IMG/VR virus record: IMGVR_UViG_3300037847_002600
Span: 1-55,781 of that record
Strand: one strand, 5' to 3'
Source: a virus
Taxonomy: Duplodnaviria; Caudoviricetes
DNA length: 55,781 bases
Shown: positions 53,918 through 55,781 of the stretch, piece by piece
How positions within the stretch are numbered: the first letter of the stretch is position 1
Layout of the letters: every line of letters starts with the position of its first letter
The notes under the pieces: generated by a model
What the model was told of the DNA's origin: nothing
Databases searched by the model: none
The model's input: the letters and a program-made list of their open reading frames with translations, nothing else
Made by a program: the position numbers and the translations under genes

Positions 53918-55781
53918 CTGCGATCCGCATGCTGATAAACGAGGGAGCAGCTACCTTATTGTCTTGGAGGCTGATGCCGTCCCAGCACTTACTGTTCTTA
54001 CCGTTGACACGAAGCACACGAACCTTGTAGTTGCGCTCCTTCATCTGCCGGTTGAACAAGCGGTAGTTCTGCGGACGTTGGTTCAGCTCGTCGCACCACG
54101 CAGCGTAAGCAAGGTACAGGTCCTTCAACGTCACACGCTGTCCCGTACCGATGATGCACTGCTCGTCCATGAACTCAGCGAGCACATCCATCTCCTCACG
54201 GTACTCGTCGGTAGCCAACGTGACGCGTGCCGGTGGACGGAGACCATCTTTCTGCCATGCCAGACATCCCTCGACGAGCTTGGCCAAGATGCCGGGGGCC
54301 TCATTACGTAGCTTCTCTAGGAGGAATGGGTCTTTCTTGTCTGACGAAATCTTTCTTGTCCAAGGGATACGGATGACTCGCCGCCAGATACCTTCGTCGT
54401 TGCCCTTGATGATTGGTCTGTGGTTGGCTGCGATACACAGCTTGTGTGTTGGCATGAACTGATAGAAGTCCTGACGCATCTTGCGAGCGCGGATAGGGTC
54501 GCTACCCGTCAACTGCTTGATGAGCGCCTCCGCAAACGGCTTACCTTTCTCCACCTCTGCGTTAGCTACGAAGCGTGCAGCCTCCAAGTCGGCAACCTCT
54601 GTCGGGTGAGATTCGCCTTTCTTCGCTAGCAATAGTCCGGGGGCACCTTGGATAGCATAGTCACCAAGGACATGCATCAGGGCAAGAAGCGCAGTCGTCT
54701 TCCCGTTGCCGCCTGTCCCTTCCATGAAGAGAAGGACCTGCTCAGTGACGAGTCCTGTAAGACAGTACCCAAAGAACCGATGCAGGAAGTCGATGACCTC
54801 TTGGTCTTCTTCCATCGAGTACGCGAGGAACTCGTCCCACACGGGACACTTGGCGTTCGGGTCGTAGACAACCGGGCTCGTCTTCGTGATAAAATCCATT
54901 CTGTCATGGTCTTGCAGCTTCCCGTTCTTTAGGTTTAAGGTGCCATTTGCTACGTTGAACAACCATGGGTCAGCGTCCAAACGAGAAGCTTCAACAGCGA
55001 TGTCGATTTCTGTGGACGCTAGTGTGACCATCGCGTTAAGAGCGCGAGAGCTTTCACTACGAAGCGCGTGGCGGTAGATGTCCGCCTGTTTGTTGGGGTC
55101 CGTTTCGGCCTCGGCCTCTGTAAAGATAGTGCCAACGGTAGCCTTGGCCATACGATGGACGCCGCCGTCCATATCGCGCTTCCATCGACAGTCATCAAAC
55201 AGATACCACATCCCATGCGTTGGGCAGTGTAGGAGATTCCCATGGAACATACGTACCATCCGCTTTGCATTTCCGAGATCAGTCAAGTTCGGGTTGTCAA
55301 CCGTAGACGGGGTCGTGCTCGACGGAGCACGGGCCTTCTTGGATTTGAATGGCACACCCACCAGTTCTTGCAGGCGCTTCCAGCCGAGATGCTTACCAGC
55401 CTTATTTGTCTCATGGCCCTTACAGTTGGCGTGCAGGCAACCGGCTGCAATCGCCCCGTTATTGAACTGGACGATGTAGGCGCTCCGATCGGTGTGCGAG
55501 GAATCCCATGGGCAAACGTCGAAGACCCAGCGGCGACCCTTCCCCTGCCATGACTTAGCTTCGCCAAGCTGTGGCAGGTTTTGCTTGATCCAGTTATCGA
55601 GGTCAGCGGTTGTGCCTGAACCACTGCGCCCACCTGTAGGCGTAGGTGAGCAGACGAGGAGTCCTTCTAGCTGCTGCTTTGAAACTGGTACTAGAACTTC
55701 AGTGGGATTGAGTAGTTCGGCTTTTCGCCATGGCCTTGTAGAGTCATCCTCACCTTTACGTGCCCACGTGCCGTAGACCTT
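53910..55781 (-). CDS. Primase-helicase C-terminal part: Zn-binding, D5_N, SF3 helicase, winged helix
   Basis: CPW..SH..GCLHANC, TDLGNA.R, FNVANG.L.L, GTGGNGKTT, IKQLTGSD.I.AR, NHRP, GIWRR. The frame stays open to the window end; 821 aa in total with 1..694. Confidence 0.92.
   Translation of the reverse strand, partial: KVYGTWARKGEDDSTRPWRKAELLNPTEVLVPVSKQQLEGLLVCSPTPTGGRSGSGTTADLDNWIKQNLPQLGEAKSWQGKGRRWVFDVCPWDSSHTDRSAYIVQFNNGAIAAGCLHANCKGHETNKAGKHLGWKRLQELVGVPFKSKKARAPSSTTPSTVDNPNLTDLGNAKRMVRMFHGNLLHCPTHGMWYLFDDCRWKRDMDGGVHRMAKATVGTIFTEAEAETDPNKQADIYRHALRSESSRALNAMVTLASTEIDIAVEASRLDADPWLFNVANGTLNLKNGKLQDHDRMDFITKTSPVVYDPNAKCPVWDEFLAYSMEEDQEVIDFLHRFFGYCLTGLVTEQVLLFMEGTGGNGKTTALLALMHVLGDYAIQGAPGLLLAKKGESHPTEVADLEAARFVANAEVEKGKPFAEALIKQLTGSDPIRARKMRQDFYQFMPTHKLCIAANHRPIIKGNDEGIWRRVIRIPWTRKISSDKKDPFLLEKLRNEAPGILAKLVEGCLAWQKDGLRPPARVTLATDEYREEMDVLAEFMDEQCIIGTGQRVTLKDLYLAYAAWCDELNQRPQNYRLFNRQMKERNYKVRVLRVNGKNSKCWDGISLQDNKVAAPSFISMRIADA
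55682..55781. repeat. Terminal overlap, copy 2
   Basis: 96/100 identical to 1-100. Confidence 0.95.

Noticed and set aside
55682-55781. Biological direct terminal repeat
   Set aside because: It is exactly 100 nt, lies mid-gene and has mismatches, which is best explained as an assembly overlap.
1-55781. tRNA genes, stop-codon recoding, reverse transcriptase/DGR, introns or inteins
   Set aside because: No cloverleaf, YxDD RT, TR/VR pair or interrupted core gene was seen by eye, and long ORFs are intact under the standard code. A tRNAscan/Infernal run would be needed to exclude small RNAs.

Overview
The window is an apparently complete, circularly assembled genome (about 55.68 kb) of a tailed dsDNA phage with a podovirus-like gene set. 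Bases 1-100 repeat at 55682-55781 with 4 mismatches, and joining the ends restores an 821-aa AEP primase/Zn-finger/SF3 (D5-like) helicase that the ORF track shows only in part. A TGCTACC-iteron, AT-rich origin-like region lies at about 1.0-1.3 kb. From there a + strand early/replication arm (2.9-16.9 kb) carries many small genes, a GP88-like protein, DUF932, an SF2 helicase, a Cas4-like nuclease, a Sak4-like ATPase, an SSB candidate, a UDG-fused family A DNA polymerase, a short Rad50-like ATPase and an NlpC/P60-like peptidase. A - strand arm of about 39 kb runs HTH, primase-helicase, packaging, head, tail and ejection genes. I found no integrase, RNA polymerase, tRNA or CRISPR array. The most interesting signals are four. 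(1) The scaffold C-terminal peptide is nearly copied at the N-terminus of a small basic protein and recurs as an AARRA[LIM]-type motif in other head-module proteins, a candidate capsid-loading signal. (2) The early arm shows strong purine/pyrimidine alternation and GATC depletion. (3) A P4-style iteron origin sits beside an autoregulated HTH/primase promoter. (4) Two small proteins end in host replisome docking motifs (QLNLF, EEIPF). All family calls come from motif recognition by eye; no database searches were run.
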